From the NCBI RefSeq assembly GCF_009914755.1, contig NC_060926.1: a stretch of 64,000 nucleotides of DNA. The stretch is one strand, 5' to 3'. This DNA comes from the human T2T-CHM13v2.0 reference genome, Homo sapiens. The notes below the pieces were generated by a model, which was given only the letters and a program-made list of their open reading frames with translations, had not been told where the DNA came from and searched no databases. Each line of letters starts with the position of its first letter. Within the stretch, counting starts at the first letter, position 1. Shown piece by piece: positions 14,046 to 27,166 of the stretch. A program made the translations under genes and the position numbers.

Positions 14046-14989
14046 CAGTACTCTGTTTCTGGTACTGAGGCTAATGGTCTTAGTTGGGATAAGGAGAGTG
14101 GGGAAGGGGCAGGGGGAGATGATGAAATTCATTTATCCTCTGTGATGCTATGGAAGAACAATTAAGATCATGTTTCCTACTTGATTTTAGTTGCTAGTCA
14201 TTTCTTAATCTAAGCACCCCCTATAATTTACCTATGTCATCATGCAAAATCACCATTGGTAATAATGTGGGGGCGGGGGAAGTCTATACAAGAATATTAA
14301 GGCCCTGTGCGTGAGCATGTCTATAGTTAAAGACTTAATGAGAAAGCATCAAATTGTGGTGCAAACAGCTGAAAGTAGAAGTAAATCAGAACGTAATAAG
14401 ATGCAACTTTGGAGGAGCTCAAAGCAACAGATACGTTTTTATCCAAAAAGGAGTAAAACAAAAAAATCGTCAACGGCAGTTCCTTCAGATAATCAACAGA
14501 TGATTCATTTGAAAACCATAATTAACTAGGTTGTTTGTAAAATAACTTTTTTCAATTTATACTTTTTAATGTTTATTAAATTACTTTTCTCTATAGATAT
14601 GCAGATAAGATGTTTTAAATGTGTAAGTGGTATAAATGTCCCATGTGTCTTTTATTCTAGAGCATAAGAAAAGATGGGAAGCTACCTCAAACTTGTTTTG
14701 AGGCAAATGTAGTATGAATCCCTAAACATAACACCAGTACTGCTAAATGACAGTTATCTAATCTCACTGATGAACAAGAATATGAAAATTATAAAAGGTC
14801 GAATTTATTTATTATGATAAGAGAATAATACCCCTCCACAAAGGGTATTACATGACCGCAAAGAATGGCAGTTCCTAGTACTCTGACGTTCCACAGTAGG
14901 CTAAAGAAGAAAAACTGAACATTTCAAGAAATACCACAATACCAAAAAAAGCATTTGGTATAGTTTATCTCCTCACCAGTTGTGAGCCT

Positions 14990-15260
14990 TTTGGTTGTTT
15001 CCACCTTTTGGGTACTGTGAATAGTGTTGCTGTGAAGGATTCACAAATACACATCTGTTTGAATACGTGGTTTTATTTCTTCACTGTATATTCCTAGGAG
15101 TGGAATTGCTGTGTCATATGATAATTTCTCTGTCTTTGTGAGGAAACATTGAACTGCTTTTCACAAAAGCTGTACCATTTTACTTTCCCAGCGGCGTATG
15201 AGGGTTCCAATTTGTCCACATCCTTGCCATACTTATTTTTTGTTTTTTTTCATTATAGGC
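14990..15260 (-). mobile_element. L1M fragment (ORF2 3' end region)
   Basis: gttgtttccaccttttgg, cctaggagtggaattgctg, gtatgagggttccaattt. Confidence 0.8.
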
Positions 15261-15344
15261 ACCCTCCCGCCCTCCACCCCTCCCAAAAAAAAAGAAAACC
15301 AAAATATAAAACAGACCTTGTTGTACATCAAGGACATCCACATG

Positions 15345-15500
15345 ACTCAGATAAAGGGCTTTGGACTTAGACAAATGGAAGTTCAAGTCTTGGCTTTACA
15401 ATTGAGTAACTGTAAAAGCTTGAGCAAGTTATCTCCTCTGATTCTCAGAAATGTGAATAATACCTGTTTCATCATTCTTAAGTGTTTTAGATATTATGTA
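15345..15500 (+). mobile_element. MIR SINE
   Basis: gggctttggacttagaca ... gttcaagtcttggcttt ... ttgagcaagttat. Confidence 0.55.
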
Positions 15501-16060
15501 ACTGGTATATTTTACATATAATGATATAAAAAGCAGTTATATGGACAAATAAACAGGCATGTTTATGAAAGAACATTTTGAAAAATGAAGTATTAAAACC
15601 AGTTGTAATAACAAGATATACTTTTGAAAGTGGTTCTGGCCCACAAATAGCAATGATCAGTGATACAGAATAAAGAATATTAATACAGTTTGGTGATTGT
15701 TTTGTGTTTCCAGCTGCCTTTTGCAATTTTTGTTCTTGGCATTTAACCCAATTTCTAGATGTATTAGATACATACATATTTATAGTTTTAAAGTTTTGTT
15801 CACTAGGTGTTCAGAATAAGACTCACTGTATTATAAAACAAACACCTCTTTAAAAAATCTATTAAAGTAGCTTTCTACAACATGGGGTTAAGATTATTAA
15901 GTGACATTGGGATACATGAATAGTGATTTAAAAAACTGTTAATCACAACTTCTATAATCTAAACATAAGATGGATGAAAATCTTACATTTTGTAAAGGGT
16001 TAAGCTATTGGAAAACTTTGCAAATAGGCATATATATTACTGGTTGAATCTAAAATGTTA

Positions 16061-16175
16061 ACACTGTACAACTCCAGGGGGTACCATTCATACTGTACTC
16101 TGTATTCAGCATAGCACAGCACAGAGTAAGTATAGTATAAATGGTATCCCCTGAGTTGTATAGTGTGGTGGCCAG
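16061..16175. mobile_element. MER91-like palindromic MITE (hAT-Tip100)
   Basis: Self-complementary arms acactgtacaactccagggggtaccatt and aatggtatcccctgagttgtatagtgt. Confidence 0.75.
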
Positions 16176-16195
16176 GATTAGACCTTAAAGATTAA

Positions 16196-16460
<265 letters not shown>

Positions 16461-18150
16461 AGAGTAACTTTTTAAATTCATAAGCAAAATCGTAAAGGCA
16501 TTGATTGAAACTGTTATGTAAAGTAAGAATTCTTGTGCTTTGAAAAGGAACAAAATTTTAAGCACATTAGCATTTGATGTGTGTTTAAAATATTTGCATC
16601 AACATTACAAATAATGTATGTTGTGCATCATCAACTCATATCAGTAATGAAGATATTAAGATTTACTGTGATGAGATGGAGAATATGACACACTGACTCT
16701 TAAAGAGGCAAAAATTGGAAACAACTTGGGACAATTTGCATTACTTGGACTCTTTCAGAAACCTGTTGAAAGTTTTGAACCACTACTTCAGAAGAATGCT
16801 TAAGAATTTTTGGTTTTCTGTACTCCAGAGTTCCTTTAAAGCTCTAGTGTTTTAGAAACATGAGTTACTACATTTAATGTAAATTAGAGTGAGGAAATGA
16901 AAAGAGGTAAAATATGTCACTTAATCAGGAAAGAGAGGTGGGAGAGAAATACAGAGTAGCCTCCAGAAAGTTGAGAGCTTGGATTTCGAAAGTAGAATTT
17001 TCGAGCTTCTTAAATGGCTGGGGAAAAGAAACATACAATTATGTTTTGCCTTGAGTCCCAGAAGTCCTCCACCCCCCACACCCCCAACTGTGAATGTAGA
17101 GGGTGGGACATCAAGAAGTGGAAATACAACAAAAGAGACAATTTGGAGAAGGGATGGATTGATACAGCACCAGATAAGTAGGTTTGCTTAAGCATAAGAG
17201 AAGGAATAGGCAGAAAAGTGAAGAAAAAAATAAAGGAGATTAGGAGCCTGAAATGGCCTAAGAGCCCTGTCAAAACTGAAGGTAAGGATTCTTACATGTA
17301 AAGGCCATAGGAAATCTTTACAGGGTATTGAAAAGAGGAGCTGGGATTTCGAAGGTGACAGATTAGCATATAACCAGTTGTGGTGGTTATAGAGACTTGG
17401 GTAACAAATTGGGGAGGGCGGAGAGAAAGAGAACAAGCTGGATGCAGTTCACCTTTCATATCTGTTAATATACTGTTTTCAAGTATGGATGAGGGGATTT
17501 TAAATTTTTATTATTTTTTAATCATCTAAAATGGCAAGACTGTCTTTACTATTAAGTATTTGTTGACGAAAAGAAATGTGTTTGTACATGTCTTTGCTTT
17601 AATAATGGAAGTTTACAAAGAAGTTGTAGTTTTCCAGCTGTTGCATATGGAGATTGAAGGGCTTGAATATCCCAAGCAGCAGACAGTACAGTATCATAGA
17701 AGCCTAGTTGGCATTAGCTAGAAATACATATGGCCTTCCACACCTAGCATTTGCTGGCAAATGAAATAGTAGGGATGAGGTTGACTTTATGGCTGGCCTA
17801 CTGATCACATCTGGAATGTTTTAATGGATTTCTTTTTTTACTGAAAATGTATGCATATCACTTGTTGGCTGCATAAGAGTACTAGTACACAATTAACAAT
17901 ATAATGCCCTTTGATCTAGTTTCATGTTTAATCTATATTATTCATTAATGTTTATTTTCTATTGCTCACTGCGTTAGGTAAGGCATCCTAAGAGGTTGTA
18001 TGAAAAAGTATAGAAGGATAAAGTACATAGAGAATGTTTAAGCTGGCAGATACCTATCAATTCACAATACTTTTTTTGAAGACAAACTTAGGAATGATGA
18101 CGAACGAAGAAAACCCTCTAAATTCATAGATTTGATTGCCATGATTTACA

Positions 18151-18412
18151 ACAGTGCTTTCCAATAAAAATGTAATGCATACCACGTATGTAATTTTCAG
18201 TTTTCTAGTAGCCACATTAGAATTTAAAACAAAGGAAATGAATTTTAAGATTTTTAAACTCAAATATGAAAAATTACTAATGTAATATAAAAATTAATGA
18301 GATATTTCATAATTTTTTTGTACAGTGTTTTTGAAATGTAGTGTTAAAATATACACCACCTTTTAAGGACTTAAAATAGCCACAGGTAGCTAGTGGCTAC
18401 TGTATTAGCAGA
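18151..18412 (+). mobile_element. MER33 (hAT-Charlie MITE)
   Basis: cagtgctttccaata ... ttttctagtagccacatta ... tagtggctactgtatt; gatttaca repeated at 18143-18150 and 18413-18420 as TSD. Confidence 0.8.
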
Positions 18413-19469
18413 GATTTACAATTGCTGCTCTGTGTTCTTTCACTTATCTTCGATTATCTTTTGTTCCCTCTTACCTCTTTTTATTGTGCATAGATTTCAA
18501 GAACTGGGGCACACCCCAGTTTGTGAAAAGATGGACAACCTTTCTTGGCTAGAGATAACTAGATGTGAAAGGTCTGAAAGAAAACTCAACACCCGGTACA
18601 AAAATGCAGGCTTCTTTTCAAGGGTTTTTGTTTTGAAACACATCTCTCTGCCCATGTGTCTTTGTTGTTGGTATCTTATGTAGTACATGTGTGCTTTTTG
18701 TTTTGAGAGAGTCTCTCTGTTCCTTTTGAGAATGGAGTGTATGTCCTGAACATCACTTTTGTGACAGGAAGTATAATATATGTGCCTTAATTAGTATTCC
18801 CAGATAGAGGAGTTTATTTAGTAAGGAGCTTATATTAGCCTAAATATATTTTCATTGGTGTTCTGAGATGAAGTGTTATTTGTTATGAGTTTAATTTTTT
18901 TATATTAACAGCGTTTAAGCAAACATGAGCTAATAATGTATTTCTAACTGCTTTATCACATTATAGACAATCTTGCCATTAGCAGTACTCATGTTTCAGA
19001 TGACCTCTAATGAGCAAATATGGTATTCTCACTTGAGACATTTCTAGAAGTACTTTGTAAATAACTTTAAATCAAATTATTTATGTCTACTTTTGAAGAA
19101 CTTCCAGGGGGGATGACGCTGTCTCAAGATTTAAAAACAATCTAATTACAGTTGGACTTTATTTGATATAAATTAAGATGTAGTTAGTTTCTGGATTTTT
19201 GGATTGTGATTTTACTCAGTACCTGAATGTCATAAGTCAGTTTGCTGGTTTTGAACACTGAATTTGAATATTATAAAACTTTATAAAACAAAATTTATTT
19301 GTTTGCACATAGTACACTGTGGAACCAGACTGTATTTTCTAAGACTCCTAGCCATGGACATTTTTATTGCCGTTTACTTTTTCCTTATATGATGAATTGT
19401 TACAAGTATCACTTAATTGCAGCTATACATGCCCATTTGAATATGATTTCAAATGCATTACTTGTTCAG

Positions 19470-19675
19470 TGTGGTAGGTACTATTCTAGGTAATTTACAT
19501 GTATTGTTGATATTTCTGCATTCTCTCAGGAAGATGTTACTATCTTTTTAGAAATGAGAAGAATAAATTCTTCAGAAATTATATAACTAGTCTAAAGACA
19601 GACTAATAAATGATGGAAGCAAGATTCAGTTTTAGGTCTGTCTGACTGAAGGTCATGCTCTTCATCACACTGCCT
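19470..19675 (-). mobile_element. MIR SINE
   Basis: agaaatgagaa ... taggtctgtctgact ... catgctctt reverse MIR motifs. Confidence 0.6.
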
Positions 19676-19993
19676 GCATCAGGTGTGAATGTGTGTGTGG
19701 GAAGGTCTTGGAGAGGCTGGGGTGGAGAGTTAAGAAATATCTAATACTGTGAAGTTAAATTTAATCAGTACAGCATAATACTTTGCTTTTCTCTTCACTT
19801 TCTCTGTATTACACAGAGTTTGAAATTAATTGACTCAAAGCAACTTTCAGAAATTATAATTTTTAGAGTTGAAACCAATGGTGCAGTGTGTAGTAGTTCT
19901 AGTTGTAAAACTTGATAACATAATGTTAATATTTTAAATTTCTTATTTGTATGCAAAAAATTACCTGATTAGCTGTAGCTTAAGAAACAATAC

Positions 19994-20283
<290 letters not shown>

Positions 20284-20683
20284 GAATTGCGTTAAGTAAC
20301 TTTTGATTTGGGACTAAATATGTTTAATACAAGGAATACTTGTCAGTTTATGTATATGTCCTTTGCACATGCTTACAGCATGTTTCTTTTTAAGAAGGCT
20401 AAGGCATCATAGCCTCCTATATTGTGAAAAAAGTAATATATATATACGTAGTAGGTGACAACTAAGGCCTTTATTGTTTCTTGGCCTTTTGCCAAATGTA
20501 ATTTTGAATGCTAGTGTTTGTATGATAAATCTTCAGACAGACAATGTCTTACGAAGAAAATATTTTGGAAGGATTTTAAGTAAAACCCAAAACTTTTATT
20601 TGCATATACTTGCATACTGTCAGCCTAGAAGACAAACTCAGCACTGTGTGTAAGTTACTTTTAAAAATTGACTTTGAATGCCT

Positions 20684-21175
20684 GTATCAGAACTTATTTG
20701 GTTGCAGCGGCATACAACTCAAACCAAACCAGCTTAAGTAAAACATAAATTTGTTGGCTCACATAACTGATAAAGTCAGAGTAGATTTGGCATTTGGCAT
20801 GCTGTCAGCATCTGATTTACCTTTCCATTTGCTTGCTTTCCTTCCTCTTAGTTGACTCCATGATTAGACAGACTTTCTCCTTGTGATCATAAGATAACTG
20901 ATAGTACCTCCCAGCTGTGTTCTTCAGATTGAGATGCAGTGTGAAATAGCGTGAATCTTGGCCCCAGTTTTTTCATCAGAAGTCTAATGCATTTCATTAA
21001 CTCCAGCTGAGTATATTATATCCATATGGTTCATGCCTAGGCCACTGCTCTATCCCCAGGATAGGAATGGCATTAATTCCATTGGAAGCATGTAGACTGT
21101 GAGAAGGGGTGCAAAGGTGAACTGGGTTACCACAAGTTAAGTAAATGAAGCTGATGCTGAGTAGCAAAATTAGTA
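20684..21175 (-). mobile_element. Old MaLR LTR (MLT1J/K-like)
   Basis: ggttgcag ... aaaccagcttaagtaaaa ... ttggctcacataactga is typical of reverse MLT1J/K. Confidence 0.55.
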
Positions 21176-22084
21176 TGTATCTTTTTGGACTGATAGGCAT
21201 TATCTATTTCTCCATAGTCCTTACCTCTTCCTATTATGATGGTTCACTTAACTAATTTATATTACCTGTGTGGCACCTTACTGACATTTGGGTTTGATTC
21301 TTCTGGTTTATAATTTCCTGTTATCTATTGAATAATTTGTTACGGTTATATAGTTATATATTTTTTCTATTTAACAGACCTACATTTTTAGCTTTAATCT
21401 TTTGTATATGTATTTAATATTTTTGTGAATCTGAAGTTACCTTTGTTTGAGTTGTGAAATGGCAAGGATGTTTATAAAGGGTCAGGTTAATTAGTTTTTC
21501 AAATGGCTTTACCAAACACAGGTTTATGTGTTGGTTAAAGCTCAGCTGGTAGTCTTGAACTGCTTCTGGCAATTTCTTAGAAGAGGCTGTAGCCCAGATT
21601 TTGGCTCATGTGTATAATTATAGCTAAGCCAAGAGCTGCTGATGTAAACACCAGTTTATGGGCTAAGGACTGGGAGGCTGTCATAGTTGGAACCAAGGAG
21701 GTCCAAGCCTAGTCCTTCTGAAGAACAGAATTGGGAGGCATTTCCAGAGTCTCTTACTCTGACAGCAAGGCAGAACTGGAGAGGGTAAGGAGGCAGAAGT
21801 CTGTAGGGTCAGAATTCGTATCACCAGGATAAAATAAACAGTGAGAGCTAGAATTGAGCACAAATAGTACAGAAAAAATTCCCCAGTCAAGATTCCCTTG
21901 AGCTGGCATTAGGTTTAAGGCCATAGAGTTTGCTTAAATAGACATACTTTCACTTGTTTTAAAGTAAAGGCACACCTCCCTGTTCAATGTATATGCATTC
22001 TGTTCATATTGTTTGTGATTTCAGATTTTGTTGCCTTCCACCTTTTGCCGTTCCAGATTCCATGAAGGATACTACTTCTGGATC

Positions 22085-22370
22085 TAGGATGGCCAGATAA
22101 AATACAAGATACCTAATTAAAATTGAATTTCAAATAAACAATAATTTTTATAAGTATGTCCCAAATGTACATGGAGCACACTTATATGCATGTTAAATAT
22201 TAGGAACATGCTAAATATTTCTCGTTTAGCTGAAATTCAAATTTAACTGAGTAGTTTCTGTTTTTCTGTAATTAAACTTTTGATTTTGAGATAATTATAG
22301 ATTCATATGTGGTTGTAAGAAAGCAGAGAGATTTTTTCTATATTTTTATTTGCTAAATTTGACAACCCTC
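22085..22370. mobile_element. MER53 palindromic hAT MITE with a short L1M 3' fragment inserted (about 22268-22335)
   Basis: taggatggccagataaaataca ... taagtatgtcccaaat ... tgaaattcaaatttaactg ... tttgctaaatttgacaaccct. Confidence 0.85.
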
Positions 22371-23390
22371 TCTGGGTCCTTTCATCATAAAGCAACCCAA
22401 CCTCCAAACATTTGTGTTTTGCAAATAGTAAATATTAGTTAGAAACCCTTTGGATCCTCTGATACTTCAGAGAAGACTGACTTTTGAAAGATCAGTTTTT
22501 AAAGTAAGATACTACTAAAATTACTTAAACATTTTCAATTTCTCAGAGTAAAATTACTTTAAAAGCCATGCAGAATTTATAATACCTAACAATCTAATAT
22601 TTCTAGCAAGATACTGCATTGGAAATGTTAGGAAACAAATAATTTAGCTTGAGGCATCTCTGAGCAGGTAATATTTTGAACCATTCAGTCTCAGGTCTCT
22701 TTCATCTCCCAGTCCTTCAAAGTTCTTACACCTCCTTTGACCTAAATTTAATCATTTTTTTTTCCAGTAGTCTGTGGTGACTTTATTAGTGATTTCATAA
22801 CTATGGGATTACAATTTGGATAAATCAGATCTTAATGCCCACTGCCCCTTTGAGTAAGCTGAGAGAAAGAAGTGACCCTGCAGGTTTTCAGAATTTTTGA
22901 GCCTAATTAAAATAGCTTGCTACCTTATCCTTTTCCCTCATCTGTACAGTAGGTAGTATGGCCTGGGGAGAAAGAAGGCTAGCGTGTTTTCCACGCAATT
23001 ACTTAGCCCTACATGTTGCTCCCTATTGATAATCAGACCTTGTGAGTACTTTCATCATTTTATAAATATAAGAGAGTAGACTGGACTCCGGAAAAGAAGA
23101 GAAAGTGGAGATAAGTAAAACTGTGAACTAAGTATAATTGTTTTTTTTTTTTTTCTTTCTTTATACTTGGAAATACCTGGGCAAATAGCTATAGAACATT
23201 GTTCTCTAATGAGATGGAAATTGGAGCTGGAACCATTTGACCTTCCATTGGTTGAACTTTGGTCTCCAGAGTTACCATCCTGGAAGGGGCAGTGTGTCAA
23301 TGTATTCTTTCTGCCAAGACTGTGGAGGGGGCCCAACAGTGAATGGAGGCCAGTAGAGCCAAAGGTGCTGCTGCAGGTTTCTGTCTACAC

Positions 23391-23545
23391 TAGTGCTGGA
23401 CAGGAGAACTTTCCACAATGGTAGAAGGGCTTGATATCTGCCACATGTGGGAAATCGAACACTTCAAATATGGCTAGTGTGAATAAGAAACTGAATTTAT
23501 AATTCAATTTTAATTATTTTAAATGTATAAATAGCCACAGCTAAC
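23391..23545 (+). mobile_element. MER3 (hAT-Charlie) fragment
   Basis: agaactttccacaatg ... ccacatgtgg ... tggctagtgtgaataagaaactgaattt ... aaatagccaca. Confidence 0.75.
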
Positions 23546-23887
23546 ATTTAATGAAGTCTTGAACCCTTATCAAGGAAGGTTTCTACAGGAAAAGTTTGTT
23601 AATCCTTATTCTTCAAGCATCCACTGAAATTAAAGCCAAACAAATACAGTACTTTGTATTCTGAATTGTCTTTTTAATCTGGCTTTTAAAAAAGTAGGAC
23701 TTGAAAAGTATTGAGATTTAATCAGTTTAAAGTTGGGCCTGGGTGATAAAAATAAGCAGTTGTGACATTATGGGATCTCTGCGGTATAGACAAATATGAT
23801 GGGTATGCCAATCAGGCATATGTTATTTTGCTTATGATGTTTTGTTTCTTCTGCATGAGGATTGGATGGAAGCTGTGCAAATAATTC

Positions 23888-24095
23888 TGCTAATATTTAT
23901 TGACCAATTACTATGTGGCAGGCAATAGTGTAAGTCTCAAAGCAGCCTTATGAATGTTATCCTCATTTTGAGGTGAGAAAACTGAGGTACAGAGAGAAGT
24001 TCTTCCGAGGATCACATGGTTGGTAAAAGGTGAAAGCAAGATTTGAAATCAGGCAGTCTGGCTCCAGAGTTCATGCTCTTAACTGCCACACTGCA
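23888..24095 (-). mobile_element. MIR SINE
   Basis: cctcattttgaggtgagaaaactgaggtacagaga ... gatttgaaatcaggcagtctggctccagag. Confidence 0.85.
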
Positions 24096-25014
24096 CTAGT
24101 CTTGTAAATTGTTCTTAAAGTGGTCATAGATGCTTCGTATGTGCATTTCTAGTTCTGGCTGAGGTCCAACTGGATATATACAGCAGTCCTGACTGGGTAA
24201 GGGAATGTTTCCCTGTTCCAAGCCATGCTCAGGGCAGCATTAGGGGCAGCCCCAGGTTCTAGCAGAGAGAGGAATTAGGCCTGGCTGTGGCGGAGTCTCT
24301 AGTGGTGAGAGGAGGATGGAGGATTTCCTTAGTGGACTAGTTAAAGGGAACGTCAGTGGGAATGCTTAGAGCAGGTCAGAGAGCACTGGGTGTGCCTAAG
24401 TCAGGTATGTATCCCACAAGCAAATGTTAAACAGTTATTGAGAGTGATGGTTTAATTTCTTTAGAGCTAAGCTTGAAATAATTTTGTAGACAGTGACCGT
24501 GATTCTCTGTTGCAGTCTTTGACAAAGTCAGTCTTGCAGTATGTGCTTTTTTTTTTTTTTTTATCAGACTAGGCTATAATTTGTTTTATTTTTCATGGGA
24601 ATGTAAAATTAGTTGAATGAAACATCATTGGATCTTGATGCATTAAATATTATAGCAGTGCTAAGGATACTTATTCTAAAACAACATAAACAGATAACCA
24701 TTTGTATAAAATCGTTAAAAGGTAAAGAAGTAGTTATTTCTTCTAGCCAGTTCTTCTACATTTTGTCACTTGTCCTTCTCCTTTAGAATGTTCTATCTAG
24801 TCCCAGATTTTCTTCCTTAGTAATTGTTAATGTAATGCTAGAGTGATGTTTTCCCCAGGTCTGTAATATTTTTGATGCTAAGAGATTGGACACATTATAA
24901 AACAAATAACTGAAAATCAGTGACCTTTTATACTATTTATCTATAAAACCAACTTTGAATTACTAAATTATCTTACCATTTTTGTTTATTTTGGCATATA
25001 CACCAAAATAAAAA

Positions 25015-25241
25015 ATGCAGTTTTTACCCATTCACATGCAGTTCTTACCCATTCTTGATTACAGTAATGTTTTACTAACCAGAAACAAAGTAAGATGGAA
25101 GTCCACCACATACTACTACTCCTACCATAATGGTGTAATAATTGGAAAATATATATTTATACTAGGCTTTATTTATACTAGGCTTTATTATTTTATTTTA
25201 TTAATTATGGTTCTCTATATAGTTCTTTTTTGTTCAGATAA
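25015..25241 (+). repeat. Copy 1 of a dispersed ~190-bp direct duplication (insert flanked by a 16-bp direct repeat)
   Basis: Aligns to 25693-25883; flanked by tatacaccaaaataaa at 24997-25012 and 25257-25272. Confidence 0.9.
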
Positions 25242-25692
25242 CCAAATATATTTCAGTATACACCAAAATAAACACTTCACTGCTTGAGGTCAGTGAACAT
25301 ACTATTTTCTTTATTTTAGTGTTTGTTTTTCTAACTTCTACTTAAGTGATAATTGTGACAATTTCTTCTGACTCCCGTACTGTAAAGTACAAGCTAAGAC
25401 TAATTCCTTTATGAAATGTAAAATGTACTATTTTATGGATTTGTTGATAACTAGAATGTAAGTTTGTATTAATAAAGTGCACTGGCACTTAGCTATATAC
25501 TTTATAAATGCTTTTTCTATTATTAATGTATAGCCTATTTTTCTTGATAAGCTAACTTTTCCAGTTTTTTAATACTTTTTTTACTCTTCATTTATTCTTC
25601 TCAAGTGTATTTGTATTTTGATATTTTAAATACTATTTCTGCTTTGTTTTATGCTACCCAGATATGTGGTTGCAAGTATGAACAGATTCTAG

Positions 25693-25883
25693 TCACATGC
25701 AGTTTTTACCCATTCTTGATTGCAGGAATGTTTTACTAACCAGAAACAAAGTAAGATGAAAGTCCACCACATACTACTACTCCTACCATAATGGTGTAAT
25801 AATTGGAAAATATGTATTTGTACTAGCTTTATTATTTTATATTATTAATTGTGGTTCTCTATAGTTCTTTTTCATTCAGATAA
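25693..25883 (+). repeat. Copy 2 (probable donor) of the ~190-bp duplication
   Basis: tcacatgcagtttttacccattcttgatt ... agtccaccacatactactactcctaccataatggtgtaataattggaaaata ... ttcagataa shared with 25015-25241. Confidence 0.9.
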
Positions 25884-26783
25884 ATCAGTAGGCTTAATTT
25901 CAGGTGTGTCAGCTAGTTACAGGGTTAATATGTTACTATGATACTATTTCTTGTCAGTCATATTCTGTATTTTCAATACAGATTATTTTTTTGGGAAGGA
26001 TTATTTTTTTGAGGTCGTCACTTTAGCTGGTAAGAGTAGTGGGTGTACAAGTCGCGCTCTTATTGCAGCTGGCAGCATGTCAGTCTTATAATCTGAAGAG
26101 TAGTGGTTGATATTCTTAGCTGTAGAAGAAATCAGGGAAATCAAAGGGATATTTGCATATTTATAGATTCTGCCTATCCTCCTGAATCTGTGTTCTCTAA
26201 TGTAAGAAAGATGATCTGAGTTTCACAGGTAGATATAAAAGGAAAATAGTAGATAGCAGAATTTTTCCAAATGTCATCTTATACTTTACTTTTTCTACAT
26301 TTGTATAAACAGTGTTTTCTGGTGGGACTTCAGAATAACTAAAACAGCCTGTGACTGATACAATCAATTTAGGGGCAAAAATGTTTGCTAAGAAGAGGTC
26401 TGATGTTATAGAATGTTGAAAATATTTACCTCCTGTTGTCATATCCTCCTCTTTTTTTTTTTTTTACATTTTGCATGGATGTGTTTATTGGCAACATTCA
26501 AATCTGCCTCAGACTTTTATGCGTGCTTTGAGTACCTCTTTGAAAAAATGAACCTACTGATTTCTTTACTAGTGAGTGTCTTGAATTAAAACTTCCTGCT
26601 GAAGGCTTGCCAGCTTCAACTTCGCATCATACAACAGCCAGAGCTTTCACAGACTTATCTAATATAAGCCCTTCACTTAATAAAATTAAAGAGAGACTAG
26701 GTGACTTGAGCACAGGGTCTTGACTTTTTTTTTTTTAATTAGTTAGAGCCAGAACAACAATTCAGATTTCTAGGCTTCAGTCC

Positions 26784-27166
26784 TGTCTTAATCTGTTTTG
26801 TGTTGTTGTAATGGAATGCCTGAGACAGTAATTTATAATGGACAAAATTATTTGACTCATGTTATGGAGGCTAGAAAATCCAATATCAGGGTGCTGGCAG
26901 GACCTTCTTTCTAGGATGCTGCTTATCCCATGGCAGAGTTCAAGAGAGAGAGGTGATGGGGAGAAAACGGGGGTGATAAGGAGGTAGGGAGAGATAACTG
27001 CACACAAGGGCAAAAGGGGGCCAAACTCAGTCTTTTATAATTAACTCACTCTAGGGTGGAGCTCCCGCAGCCCAGTTACCTCTCAGAGGTTCTACTTCCT
27101 AATACTGTCACAGTGGCAGTCAAATCTCAGCCTGAGTTTTGGAGGGGACATTCAACCCATATAACA
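26784..27166 (-). mobile_element. MST-family MaLR solo LTR (MSTC/D-like) inserted in a reverse MIR
   Basis: tg...ca ends, gagttttggaggggacattcaacc; perfect 5-bp TSD agtcc at 26779-26783 and 27167-27171. Confidence 0.85.

Noticed and set aside
25015-25287. 90-aa ORF starting MQFLPIHMQFLPI
   Set aside because: The peptide repeat only reflects the slippage duplication; no coding signature
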